The notes under the pieces are model-generated. The model was given only the letters and a program-made list of their open reading frames with translations. It was not told the origin of the DNA and made no database searches. The position numbers and the translations under genes were made by a program. From NCBI RefSeq assembly GCF_006345805.1, contig NW_021833698.1:1-64000 (forward strand): 64,000 bases of DNA, in the 5' to 3' direction. Below, in pieces: positions 40,150 through 53,695 of the stretch. Positions within the stretch are counted from its first letter, which is position 1, and each line of letters opens with the position of its first letter. This DNA is from Octopus sinensis. Its lineage: Eukaryota.

Positions 40150-40490
40150 TTTTTTATCTGTTTCGGTTATTGATTGCAGCCATGTTGTATCGCCGCTTTC
40201 AAGAGATTTTAGTCAAATACACAGAACCTTGTGCTTATACCATTAGTTTCTTTTGCCACACTGCAAAGTTACGGTGACGTAAACTAACCAACACTGGTTG
40301 TCTAGCGGCGGCAGGACAAACACACACACACACACTCACACACACACACAGGTCTACAAAATCCACTTACAAGGCTTTGGCTAGCCCAGGACTATAGTAG
40401 AAGACACTTGCCCAACGTGTAGTGCAGTGGGACACTAAATCCGAAACCATATAGTTGACCAGCAACCTTCTTTCCACCCAGCCATGTTTT
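40150..40490 (-). mobile_element. SINE family B, degraded
   Basis: 'gcagccatgttgtatcgccgc...aaagttacggtgacgtaaac...ctatagtagaagacacttgccc'. Confidence 0.75.
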
Positions 40491-40699
40491 ATAGTATGGA
40501 ATATCTTCTACTACAGACCCGAACCGGCCAAAGCCTTGTAAGTGGATTTAGTTGACAGAAATATATACATAGAACGTACAACTTTAGAATATCTATTAAT
40601 TGTCCCTTGAGGGGCCTTTGTCTACTTTATAACATTGTATATAAATGTATAGTAACCACAACACATGTTATCTCAAGAACTTACTTTGGATTATCGATC

Positions 40700-42050
40700 G
40701 CTGATTCCTTGCACAAATTACTCCTTCTGGAGCACTAACTGTAAACAATCTTCTCCCCTTGCCACCTATACTCGCTAGCTCAAAGAGGAGGGCATTCTTT
40801 ATGACATTTCCTGGTTTATAATTGATTTTGGAATACCGTAAATAGGAAGTTGACCACCATGTCTTTTATGCTGCCGTGAGTCCATCAAAAAATTTCGTGA
40901 GAATGAAGGCCTCGCCGTTAATAGGTTCTAAGATGTAATTTCTTCCTGTAGCCATCAATATTACAAAACTCTTTCATATTGCTATGAATCATTATGTTCT
41001 AACGGAATTGGTTTTTCGTATTCACCTCTCTTCCTTTTCGCCTTTAGCACACTTATTCCTTAATACTCACCCTCCACTGAACTTCTCTTATCTATTGCAC
41101 TTCGAGAATTTCTCGTCCTTTACAGACACCGACTCGCTCTTTCCCTCATCTCTTCCCTCTGTTATTAATTCGCCAATATGTCTACTTGCCTCGACTTTCC
41201 AACTCCCGTATTACTAATTTCGCTCTATTTGACTCATACATTTTACAATGCTTATATTTTGACCCAGATAGTGTTTCTATAATATTTTTGTTACCCCCGC
41301 CTCACCCCCACTGCCGGTTTGCTATTATTAATTCGTTGGTTTTTCTTTCAGAACTAACATACCGAGTTCCATTTCTCTCACTTTTAATTTTATAGCCATT
41401 GAATTGCTTTTCAACTGCTCTCCTTTGCTTCTTTTATCAATGTTTGTTATATCTTGTTCTGATAGCTGAACATCTTATATTAATCGATTCCTCCTCTACA
41501 CCCCCTCTACTTTCCTTCCTTCCTCCGTCCCTAGCTTTATACTTATGATAATTCCTACTCTACTTCCCTCTAGCTTTCCAATTTATAGAACTTACATATA
41601 TTTATATACATTACCTCTACAATCCAAATGCCCGGCTCTTGTGAAGAGGTTATCGAAATTTAGCTGCACAGTGTTATCAAAATCCTTGATCGTTGATACT
41701 TTTATCTACAACATTGACTCGGTATTGGACTTCATTGCATAATATATATAGTTTTTATATCAACAGTTATCGATTGTACGAAACAGCTGTAAGAAAAAAA
41801 CTTCTCTACATTATATAAATTCTATGTGCAACTTTCCATAAAAATACATTCCTTATGCTTATTGTTATTTGCCTATCCTTCTAATAACATTACCTCTCCA
41901 GGATGATCGTACTTAGAGCCGAGTCACTACATCCAGGCTAGAGCTGAGGAAGAAGACCAAGTGTAATATTCGACTTCCTCTTAGCAATACTTGACGACTA
42001 TCTTAATCATGCTTACATAAACATTTTATAACCCATTCTTAGTATTTACA
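40700..42050 (+). mobile_element. Degraded Penelope-like element, 3' part (GIY-YIG C-terminus + pyrimidine-rich 3' region)
   Basis: LKEEGILYDISWFIID..IP..CLLC..SCSHQ pattern at ~40780-40960; hammerhead stem-III motif GAAACAGCTGTAAGA at 41780-41794. Confidence 0.65.
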
Positions 42051-42098
42051 CATACACACATATACGCTTAACACACGCACATGTATATATGTATAATA

Positions 42099-42174
<76 letters not shown>

Positions 42175-42299
42175 TATATATATACAATATATATATATTA
42201 TTAATACATAAAACAAATAAAAAATAAACATATGCTATGCGTTCGAGTTTCGTTTCTCCCAAAGAAAGGTAATATAATATTAAGATTTAATTATATATC

Positions 42300-42443
42300 T
42301 TTCGTATTATTATTATTATTATTATTATTATATTATTATTATTATATTTTATTATTATTATTATTATTATTATTATCATTATTATTATTATTATCATCAT
42401 TATTATTATCATTATTATCATTACTATTATTCTTGTTATATTA

Positions 42444-42513
<70 letters not shown>

Positions 42514-42690
42514 CATTATTATTATTATTATCTCATTATTATTATCATTATTATCATTACTATTATTCTTGTTATTATTATCATTATTATTTATTATTAT
42601 TATTATTATTATATTATTATTATTTTATTATTATTATTATTTTATTATTATTATTATCATCATCATCATCTTCATCATCATTATTATGAT
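42300..42690. repeat. (ATT)n/(ATC)n microsatellite
   Basis: Direct inspection. Confidence 0.95.
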
Positions 42691-43052
42691 TACTATTTTC
42701 TTTCGCCACCATTGTGTATTGGTCTTATTGCTTTTTTTTCTTTTCCGTAGGCCTGGTGGCGAGAGGTGGGGTGGTGGTGGTGGTGGTGGTGGTGGTGGTG
42801 GGGAGAGATGATTGTTTTTTCTGTTTATTTCTGCTTTGTTGCAACCTAATCTAGAATTGATAAGAAGAATACATGGTTATATTTTAAAATTAAGTGTGAA
42901 TAACGCAGACAGAAATGACAGACAAATGATATGCACGTACATAAATATTTGTAGACATACACAGACTTGCATATATATATATACGCACACATAAACATAT
43001 GTGTGTATGTGTATACGTATATACGCTTATATATAAGTTGTTTCATACGTAT

Positions 43053-43097
<45 letters not shown>

Positions 43098-43105
43098 TTA
43101 CATAT

Positions 43106-43159
<54 letters not shown>

Positions 43160-43678
43160 GTGGTGTGGTGTGTGTGTGTGTGTTTGTGTGGTGTGTGTAG
43201 GTAGGTAGGTATGAAAAAGTATGACAAAGCGATTGGCTGATGCAAATAATATATACGTTGAATATGATATATTGATTATGCAAATAATGCAGTTCTAGTG
43301 ATGGCTTCTTTTTTTTTTTTTCAAAGAAAAAAAAACTTACATAATCGATGGCCATGGGAAATTGATTATTTTGATCACAGAACACATTTGTATACATACA
43401 TAAATATTTATGTATACATACATAAGTACCCACATATGTGTACATATGTGTATATATACATATATATATGCGTGTGCATGTGTGTGTGTATGTTTATACA
43501 TATATATTTGTATATTGATATGTATATACATATGCATATTTGTTTATACAAATATACATGTATTTTATGTACGTGGTAAATATATATACATATACTTATA
43601 TATGCGTATACACACACATGAATATATATTATATATACTTACATGTGTTTATTCATTTATAAAATATATTCATATATA

Positions 43679-43725
<47 letters not shown>

Positions 43726-43759
43726 GCTCGTGTGTGTAACCAGCAATAAACTAGAACCC

Positions 43760-44160
43760 CTTAAACACGTATTATCCTTGCGAGAATAAGAACCCCTTTG
43801 AAGGGCAATCACGCAATAACAATGTGTGGTATAGTATACAGAACAAAACCTGTATAATCCAAGAAACTTTGAACAAGTTCAACCCTACGATGACTAGTAT
43901 TCCAAAGAAGGAAATATCATAACCCCAAGAACACAAAATACAAAAGAGTACATAGCCAACAAGCGTGTCAAATTTATGCACTCATCATCAGCTGCTTAAC
44001 GGACGTCGTTTTGGTTTTGACACCTGTGCAGTACTATTCAAACTGGCGATGTTAACAGCGTTAAGAATATAAACGCGACCAAGGATATTATCAAACAAAA
44101 AGTAGGACCGAAGCATTCGTACAATGTCTTCATTACGTTTGCAACTGCTAGCTATTACAA
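43760..44160 (+). mobile_element. Degraded PLE GIY-YIG fragment
   Basis: PLKGN..NNNVWY and later SEAFVQCLH-like motifs, colinear with the 5460-5850 domain; many stops and frameshifts. Confidence 0.5.
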
Positions 44161-44447
44161 AAAACATATACAAACATCAGACATCAAACATTTATCATTT
44201 CATACATAAAGCTGCGAAGAACAGAATCTTTTTTAAATGCAACAGTGTATATATGTCTGTATATCAAAAGTAGGAGAACAAGGTTTTTAACAGTTCTTTG
44301 TTTCCTCTGAGTTTCTTGATGCAGTATTGCAAAACAACAGTTTTCTTTTGACTGTAAAAGCAAAATGCTGTATAGAGGGGGCGGGGATGCGAAACGCGCA
44401 GTTAAAGATTGTTGAAATTTAACATCTGGTACTTACTATATTGTGGA

Positions 44448-44720
44448 TGCTCATGGCCTAGTGGTTAGAGCAACGGACTCGGGGTCGAGGGATCGCAGGC
44501 TCCAATCTCAGACCGGGCGATGAATGTGTTTATGAGCGAAACACCTAAGTTCCACGCGGCTCTGGCAGAAGGTAATGGCGAACGTCTGCTGACTCTTTCG
44601 CCACAACTTTCTCTCACTCTTTCTTCCTTTCTGCATCTTACAGCTCACCTGCGCCGGACCGGCGTCCCATCCAGGTGGGGAACCTATACATCAAGGAAAC
44701 CGGGAAACTTTTTATGTGCT
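44448..44720 (+). mobile_element. SINE family C variant
   Basis: 'atggcctagtggttagagcaacggactcg...tatgagcgaaacacctaagttccacg...ctttcgccacaactttctctcactc'. Confidence 0.8.
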
Positions 44721-44822
44721 GCGTACCATCTCATCACGCCTAAATATATGTATATGTATGTATATGTGAATGTATATAGACAGACAGATCGATCGATCGA
44801 TAGATAGATAGGTAGATAGATC

Positions 44823-44895
<73 letters not shown>

Positions 44896-45664
44896 AGAGA
44901 GAGAGTTAGATAGATATGGGTATAGATATAGATATAGATACGTATGTATGTGTGTCTGTGCTTTGGGAAAGGCATATATTATAGGTAATGTGTGAAGCTA
45001 AGCTATGTATATAATGTCCAGTAATGTTTTGAAAATTCCATGATTGTTCTTCCCTTAGATATTTTAATTAAGAGTTTGTTTTTTTATTACCTGATTCCTC
45101 TGTATTCTGTAGAATGGCAAATACTTTTAGGCAAAGTATAATATAATAGACAAGAAAGTTGAAACACTTTAGCAGCAAATTTAAATTTGTTAGACTTAAA
45201 CATAAATCATAAATAATATAATAGACAATAGAAATGTGAGTATCTTATGAACAAAATGGATAAACTAAATATCAATACACTGATTGATCATTGCATCATT
45301 TTATTCTTTTGTCTATTTCGGCAATCTGTACTGGAATGACATTTTGAATTTCTTAACAGAAATTGTAACACATTTCTTTGTTTGACAATTCCTTTTACAA
45401 AACTATTTGACACATCTCACCCAAATTTCGCTTGATTATATTACACCTGACCTGAGCGAGATTAGTTTGTCTGTAGTGATGTCTTCCTTTTCTAATAAAG
45501 GCATCTTACACGCAGAAAACAGTAAACTAGCAATGAATTGTTTAAGACTGCTTAGGCTTGGACCTTAATCAACCGAGACAGATTTCCCTGATGGTCATCG
45601 ATGATGACAGCAAAATAATGTTTTGTTATAAACACAAGGCTTGAAATATTTCGGGAAGGAGCCA

Positions 45665-45830
45665 GTTGATTACGTCGACACTAGGATCCAACTAGTCCTT
45701 GTTTTGACAACTCCGAAAGAATAAAAGGTAAAGTTGACACCGGCAGCATTTGAAATCAGAACGTAAAGCCAAAAGGAAAGCCTTGAAGAATTTTGTTCGG
45801 TGTGCTAACGATTCTGCTAGCTCGTCAGCC
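45665..45830 (-). mobile_element. SINE family A, degraded
   Basis: 'aaagttgacaccggcagcatttgaaatcagaacg...gctaacgattctgctagctcg'. Confidence 0.65.
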
Positions 45831-46109
45831 GTGATGCAGACCAAAATAATGCTAGTGACTTCACGTTCGATGTCACGTTCGGAATAGAACTCAATACGCT
45901 GGTAATAGGCTGGAAGCTGAATGTATGTAGACATCCGAAAAACATCAAGTGTGGTTTCTTATTTTTGTGAAACTTTTGATAATCAATTTCTTATCGAACT
46001 GTGAATACACATGTGCACGCACACGCACACACATGTACGTACACACATACACACTCACACACAACCCCTACACCCCCACACCTATACGTAAGTATGTATG
46101 CATATATAT

Positions 46110-46166
<57 letters not shown>

Positions 46167-46212
46167 TATATAGCTCCTACACGCATTTTTTCTCCTTGTT
46201 TTTTTCTATGTA

Positions 46213-46250
46213 TCTTTCTGTCGAAGAGCGTAGGCTCGAAAAGTAAAAGA
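46213..46250 (+). ncRNA. Variant-core minimal hammerhead-like fold in a (TA)n-flanked ~180-bp element (46170-46345)
   Basis: UCUUU-CUGUCGAA-GAGC-GUAG-GCUC-GAAA-A-GUA-AAAGA; stem I UCUUU/AAAGA is perfect. Confidence 0.55.
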
Positions 46251-46374
46251 CTTGTTCTATTTCTATTCCTGAGCGCCATACTAATACATTTGTTTGTTTG
46301 TACTCCACCTGCCTTCGTCTTTTGTTTATTTTCATAAACCTTCCCGTTATATATATATATGAATAGATGATATT

Positions 46375-46610
46375 TAAAGGTGGTTCATATCGCGATGATG
46401 GGTTAATTGCCATCAGTAGTACTAACCTTGAACCTTAGATAGAACAAAGAAGGCTAACTCCTCAACATTTTTAGAGAGCTCTTACTTCAAGTCATGGTAC
46501 ATTCTAAGGTTAGGACATGACTTTAATTCGAAACGATGGCTTGTATTACCCAAAAGAAAATCTGAGGAACCGCTCCATTACATTAGTAAATGATCGAACT
46601 AGTGATACTA
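46375..46610 (+). mobile_element. Degraded PLE RT fragment
   Basis: GSYRDDGLIAI followed by ..DMTFNSK..PKRKSEEPLHYISK (thumb-like). Confidence 0.7.
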
Positions 46611-48234
46611 TACCAAATGCCAAGACAATTCGTTTTTCTCTATTCGTGTCATTAAGTGTATTGCTGCATGACATTTAGTAGGGCTAGTTCAAATAATAAC
46701 GATGCTGTGATTGATTTGATAATATCCTAATATTATAGCTTTATGATTTTTTCTCATAATTTTTATAAATTCTAGTCTAACAGACCAGTCTTTGACATTT
46801 TGTAAATGTTTGATGTGTGTGTGTGTATGTGTGTGTGTGTGTGTGTGTGTCTAAAAGAAAGAAAGAAAGGAAGGAAGGAAGGAAGAAGACATGCGTGAGC
46901 GTTTGTGTGTGTTTGAATGTCTGATATGTGTTTTCCAGGTTGTAATTGTTTTAGTTTCAACACAGTCTGAGATCAAATCACTGGCCAAACATGCTCATCT
47001 CCGAGCATATAGAAGAAATAATGTGTGTGTGTGTATGTATGTGTGTGTGTGTGTGTGTGTGTGTTTAGATTGATAGATAGATAGATAAACCTACCTACAT
47101 ACATATATGCATATATGCATTCATACATATGCCTGTGTATGCATGTACATATGTGCATGTCTTATATGTGTTTACGTTTGTGTTTGTAATAGCGTATCCT
47201 TTTAGATCCCGGAAACATATCAATCCGGCAAGGTGAAACGATGAGAGAGAGAGAGAGAGAAGGGAAGGAGAGAAAGAGAAGGGAAGGAGAGAAAGAGAGA
47301 AAGAGTGGGAGAGGGAGAGAAAGAGAGAGAGAGATTAACAAAATAAATACCAGACAGCAAAAACAGAAATGCTGTTATGGATGCAATCGACGAAACATGT
47401 TAAAGAAATGCCCCAGCATGGTCACAGCCCAACAACTGTAACCTGCAGAGAAAAAAACACATAACGTATACAGATTCTAGAATTCTAATTATAGACCCCG
47501 CTCTCTTTACAACAGAATGGCTTACAATTTGAGGTTTCATGTTGAAAATATTTCGAAATTTCAAAAGTATATTTCAATGCGTCCATTGCTTTGTTCGATA
47601 TAGTTTTTGAAAATTTTAGTTTCGCATTGAATTAAATCTAAATTTGATATTCTTATTCTTGTTATGCTTGTAATGGAAATGTAACTATTTAAAGGCTATT
47701 TTAATGTTTAAATTAGAAATAACGATGTCTAGATTCAAAGAAGATGATAGGAAAGGCTTGGCTTGTTTGATTTCATGTTTACAATTTTTAAAGAAATCAT
47801 TTACGATGTCTACTATTTTGTATACCGTATAGAAATAAAGCTGCTTAATTCTAAATACGATTTTGTTTACGTATATATGCATAAATACAATAAACATACC
47901 TATATACATACAATTATGGGTATATATGTATGTGTATATATATATATATATACACTCACACACACATACAAACATATACATATATATTCAACACACATAT
48001 AATAAATGCACGTATATATATATATGTATGCTTACATATATATATATATATATATACATTCTCATCTGTGCGTATATTCATAAAATATGCCCATATACAT
48101 TCAAACAGCCATAGATATATATAAATGTATGTGTGCGCACGTCTATGTGCATGTTCGTGCGTCTATGTGTTTGTACGTGTTTGTGTGTGTGTGTGTTTGT
48201 GTGTGTGTGTGCGTGTGTTTGTGTTTATGTGTGT

Positions 48235-48590
48235 ATGGTTGGGTAGTGAGGGAGTTGAGTTCACAACGAAGAGGTTCCGGGTTCGGTGCCTTCGCGCAGC
48301 ATGTTAGGCGATTACCATCTACTAAGCACCCAAGCCGATCCATGTCTTGTGAATTTAGTTGACAAAAACTGTGCAGAAACTCACTAGGTGCGCAGGAGGT
48401 GGAGTGTATACCTGTATGTCTTTTTCCCCTCCGGTTTACAACCGGTTTTGGTTTGTTTACGTCTCGGTAACTTAGTATTTCATTTCGGCAAAACAGACTT
48501 ATAGAATTGAAACCCACCCTTACAAAAATCAAGTGGTGTGATTTGATTTGTTGTGGTCGTAGTCCAATGACGGAAACAAGTAGGAAATAA
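48235..48590 (+). mobile_element. SINE family B, old degraded copy
   Basis: 'ggttccgggttcggtgcc...aagccgatcc..ttgtgaatttagttgac...gtttacgtctcggtaacttag...tttcggcaaaacagac'. Confidence 0.65.
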
Positions 48591-49019
48591 AAGATACATA
48601 TTACTAATCCTCATCGTTGATGAGTTAAAGACAGATTAAACGTGAAACACCTTAACCACAATAATCTTTTATCTTTAATCTTTAGTTTGTTTCAGTTTTT
48701 AGTCTGTGGCTATGTTGGAAAACCATATTAAAGAATTTTCGGATCTTTACCTTTTGACCTACAGATTTAAAAAATAACTTTTTGTAACTAAACGCTTTCA
48801 AACTTCGGATACTGGTAGAATTTGCCATATAAGCATGCTTTACTCTTAGCATTTCTGAGAAAAAACTTATATTTACGAAGTACTTTCACCTTAAAGTTCT
48901 CGCATTTCGGTAATTTCAACCAATCAATGACGTGTATTCAGCTGAATAAAATTACTGCCGTTGTTTGTCAACAACAACTATCGGCGGTATATTTTTCGTT
49001 TGTCACTGTGTTTGTGGAG

Positions 49020-49880
49020 TTTTTAGCTAACTCCTCCTACATCGTTTTATCGATTTTGATGAAACTTGATACGAGAGTAGAACTTATGTCTGGAAAAATC
49101 ATGGCATACACAGATTGTTGAAGAAATCGATAATAGGGCCCCTGAAGGGATACTTATAAATATCTAATATATTTTATTTTAAAAGTCAATGGAAATAACC
49201 CATTCGCACCTGGAAATGATCCTTGCCTATAGCCAAGGGAAATAACCCATTCATTTTCCTAAATTATTTGGTATAAATCAAGTTGAGTATGCTTATTTCT
49301 TAGTATTTGAATTGTTAGAGTTATTTTCGTAATTTATCCAGTTCAACCCTTAAACAAGTAAAAAGTATTTTCCTAAACAATAGATCCACTTATTTCGGTT
49401 AGTTACTTATTTACGAATATACCAACACTAGCGCCCCTAAGGGTAATATTCTCTGGGAACGCACAGAACCCTTTTCAGAGTTAATACAATGAATTATTAT
49501 CTCATATCTGATTAGCCTGTTATTACATAACATGCATCACGATTTTATTATAATAACTTATGAGTATTTTCTCCGAAAAGGGCTTTAATGCATTAAAGCC
49601 CTTTTCGGGGTTACTTTATTTGAATTATTACTATCGAGTAACTAACTTCATGCTATTACATAACTGACTTCACAATTTGGGTATTCATAACTTATTTGGA
49701 ATTCAAAAAAGAAACAAGATCCTGTGTAAGACAATTCAGTATTCTCTGTAAATGCACAAAAACCGTTTTTTAAGGGCTACTTACTTTGTATTGTTGTTAT
49801 TGGATTAGCGAAACAATTATGAGAACGGAACCAAGGGTTAAGCCCCGCTTTCCTAGGAATTACCGGGTACGTCAGCTAGT
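49020..49880 (+). mobile_element. Possible Helentron/HINE-like non-autonomous element
   Basis: 'atcgttttatcgattttgatgaaacttgatacg' near one end and 'ccgggtacgtcagCTAGT' at the other. Confidence 0.4.
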
Positions 49881-49897
49881 GTGCGTGTATATATATA

Positions 49898-49963
<66 letters not shown>

Positions 49964-50496
49964 TTAATATATACATACATACATACATACATACATACAT
50001 ACATACATGTATTTAAGAGAGAGAGCGAAGCAATGTATTAAATCTGTGTCCCGGAATTCATGTAGACTTATACATTCATTGTATTCTATATTGCAATGTA
50101 TTGGAAGCAGAACAGCTTGATTTCACGCCGGACATCAATCAGTAGTTCGGGTTCACTGCAGTTGTGACAGCTAGTGTAAGAATGTGGCGTCTATAAGTCG
50201 GTGCTTCGTTCGTAAAATCTTGTTCGAAGAATATCGGTTCATATTAAAGCGAAAGGGCACTATGAATATATGTGTGTGCGTGTGTGTTTATGTTCTTAGA
50301 AGTCTCCAAAATAGATAAGTTTTTTTTAATAATTTTAATAATTCTCGTTATAGATTTCTAGCAATTCTTTTCAATTTGCGCTGACAGATAGTTTCATTTT
50401 ATTACCGACAAGCAGGCCTAAAGAATATACATGCAAATTATGCTCTACTTTCTTGTGTATATATGTGTGTGTTTGTGTGTATGCATATGTATATAA

Positions 50497-50586
<90 letters not shown>

Positions 50587-50912
50587 TTGTATGCGTGTGT
50601 CTGTGTACATACATATAAACATCTATACTGTGCTGACATCTTAATGTTCTTGCTATTCTGACTAAAGCTGTTCAATATGAACTATGTATCAAATGCACAA
50701 CCCCGAGAATCAGAAGTGCAAGTATTAATAAACCCAGCTATGATGGGAAATTATAAGAATGCAAATATATTATCGCCATTCTTTTGATGTACGGAAAAGA
50801 GACGTATGAGCAGATAGATATATAGATTTATATATATGTATATATACATATATGTGTGTGTATACATATATATATATATATATGTGTGTGTGTATGTATG
50901 TATCTATGTATG

Positions 50913-50943
<31 letters not shown>

Positions 50944-50947
<4 letters not shown>

Positions 50948-51377
50948 GAGCAAAACGCCCGTCGTCCAATGGACGATGCTGAGTTGTCAAACATCTAAAC
51001 CAAATTTTTCTCAAAACAGCTTGTCCGACCGTCCAATAGACCTCCCCTTTGAGAAACACTGATTTAACCTAAATTTGAGACACCAGCAAAAGAAGAACTT
51101 TTTTCTATTCCAAAGAAAAACGATTTTATTCACACAAATATGCAACCAAAAAGTTTAAAGTACCAGTAAGTACATCGCAACAGCTGATGTACTTGCGCGT
51201 ACAAATTCGCGTTCCCGCGGCTTTATCGATCGCATTCTCACCTGGAATAGATTTTTGTAATTTTTTCAAGACGTATACACGCCCTAATACTATCGGTATC
51301 TACAGATCAAATTTCAGCGCAATCGGATGGAGGATGCCCGAGATCATAGAAGACACATACACAGACAGACAGAACGG

Positions 51378-51380
<3 letters not shown>
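50944..51380 (+). mobile_element. HINE/DINE-1-like non-autonomous element
   Basis: 5' hairpin 'cgtcgtccaatggacgatg' and 3' 'aaatttcagcgcaatcggatggaggatgcccgagatc...cacagacagacag'; embedded in (TA)n. Confidence 0.55.
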
Positions 51381-51439
<59 letters not shown>

Positions 51440-51477
51440 TCTAGTTATACATATATGTGTGTGTGTGTAGTGTGTAT

Positions 51478-51578
51478 ATATATACATACATAAATACATA
51501 CATACATACATACATACATACATACATACATACATACATACATACATACATACATACATACATACATACATACATACA

Positions 51579-51609
<31 letters not shown>

Positions 51610-51610
51610 G
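51478..51610. repeat. Long (TACA)n microsatellite
   Basis: Direct inspection. Confidence 0.95.
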
Positions 51611-52494
51611 TCAGACGAGGACGAAAACGGCGACGAGAACATGGGGAAAAAATTGTGTTTTTCGGATGAATTCCATTGTGATAGTTACTCAGTATCGAGT
51701 TGCAGATACTTCCTTGTCACTCTCGCTATTAGAAATGCGGTGAACCACTGATTTTCCTATCGGAAAACTGTAACTAAACGACGCTATTTTTTAGCAAATG
51801 CAGAAATATATAAAAGAATTATCAAGGTTGATTCCAGCGACTAAACACTCACCATTAATAATTTTAAGTTCTTGAACGTATATTCGAAATCATTTTTCTT
51901 TTGCTTTTTTTTCGATCTTCCATTTTATTGTTGCTTTTCAATAAATACTAACATAACGGAAACTTTTTAGCATTACCATTTCCAAAGATTAAGTCTAAAA
52001 ACTCAACTTAATCCAGACATTTTGTAACTGAATAAACACATTTTCGTTTTATTTTCCATATCTGGTAGACGTCAATTCTTCGTTTTACTGGTTACTGCAT
52101 TGAACACGACCACCACCACCGACACCACCACCATTACAACCAACGGCCACCGCCACCCCCACCAACCACCACCACCACCACCAAAAAAAAAAATTTTGTT
52201 GACATCGACCTATCTGAAAGAAATTCTAGATTCTCGGAATTTTGACTAACCCATATCTTCTTTGATGTGATATCGTCTGCTCGCGTTGTTCAGGTAATGT
52301 AACGTATGATATTTAATAGATCTTGTCTTGGCATCGAATCATTCTTTCATGAAAGAGAGAAAAATCCATAGCGACATTTTATATTTCAAGAGGTTTTTAT
52401 CATTTTTTATATTCTTCCACTCATTCACCCATCACAGTATCACTCTCTCTATATCACTCTTTCTTTATCTCTTTCTCTCTGTCTATGTCTCGTC

Positions 52495-52539
<45 letters not shown>

Positions 52540-53269
52540 TCTCTTCCTCATCTCTCTCTCTCCTCTCTCTCTCTCTCCTTCTCTCTCACTCTTCTCTCTC
52601 TCTCTCTCTCTCTCTCTTTCCTATTCATTTATTTCTACATCTATCAATCTAAATATCAGTGTAAATGTATATGTCATCCCCCTCTCCTTCGCTGTCTCTT
52701 CTCATGGCTCTCCTTTCTTGTGTATATGTGTGTGTGTGTTTGTGTGTATGCATATGCATGTGTATATAAATATATATATATATGTGCGTGTATATATGTG
52801 TGTGTACATACATATATACACAAATATATGTATAATATATATACATGAATATATAATATATATACATACATATATACACGCGCGCGCGCACACACACACA
52901 CACACACACATATATAAATATATACATACATGCATAGAGGCACACACACACACGTAGAAGGCATATGTTTATACATCTAGAAAGTCATAAAACAAAAAGC
53001 CACTGGATACATACTAATCACTCACATAGACACACACACAGACATATTCACATATACACACAGATAAACACACACATTATGTATGTATGTATGTATGTAT
53101 GTATGCGTATAGACACATAGAGAAATACATGCATCGAGCTACAAAGAAAGCGGAAAGAAGAGATAGTCATTTGTGAATATAGATCTATAACTAACTACAG
53201 CAAAATGACTAAATCGAATCTATTGCTTCTTCTATCAGTTTACTTGATGCAGTAAAAACATATCTTATT

Positions 53270-53695
53270 ATTGTCAAGATGGTTACAGTGCAAAGACGAC
53301 TGAATACCCAATATATACGAATTCCTAAGAGCGCAAAATTACCATCAAGGCCGAATTGTCAAGATGACTAAATTACCATTGAGGCTGGATTACCAAGATG
53401 CTTATTTTATCAAGATGGCTGAAATTGTTTAACAAGACGAAAATGTGGTATAGGCTGGACGAAAAAGGAACTACACAATGGAGGGAGACGTGCTCAAAAT
53501 CTCTCCATCAGTTGTCAATCGAATTTCATCACAATTTCAACAATTTGAATTGGCAAGTTGCTTAAATTGCTAAGATGACTATATTGACAAGATGGCTGAA
53601 TTGCCAACTCAGCTGAAGTTTCTAAGATAGCGGAAGTAACAGGATGGTTGCATTGCTAAGTTGGTTGAATGGATAGGATGCTGAATTATTAACTC
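53270..53695. repeat. Degenerate ~17-20-bp minisatellite, consensus near CAAGATGGCTGAATTGC
   Basis: Recurring 'caagatgg', 'caagatga', 'taagatga', 'gctgaatt' and 'gctgaaatt' units, interrupted at ~53430-53550. Confidence 0.65.
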
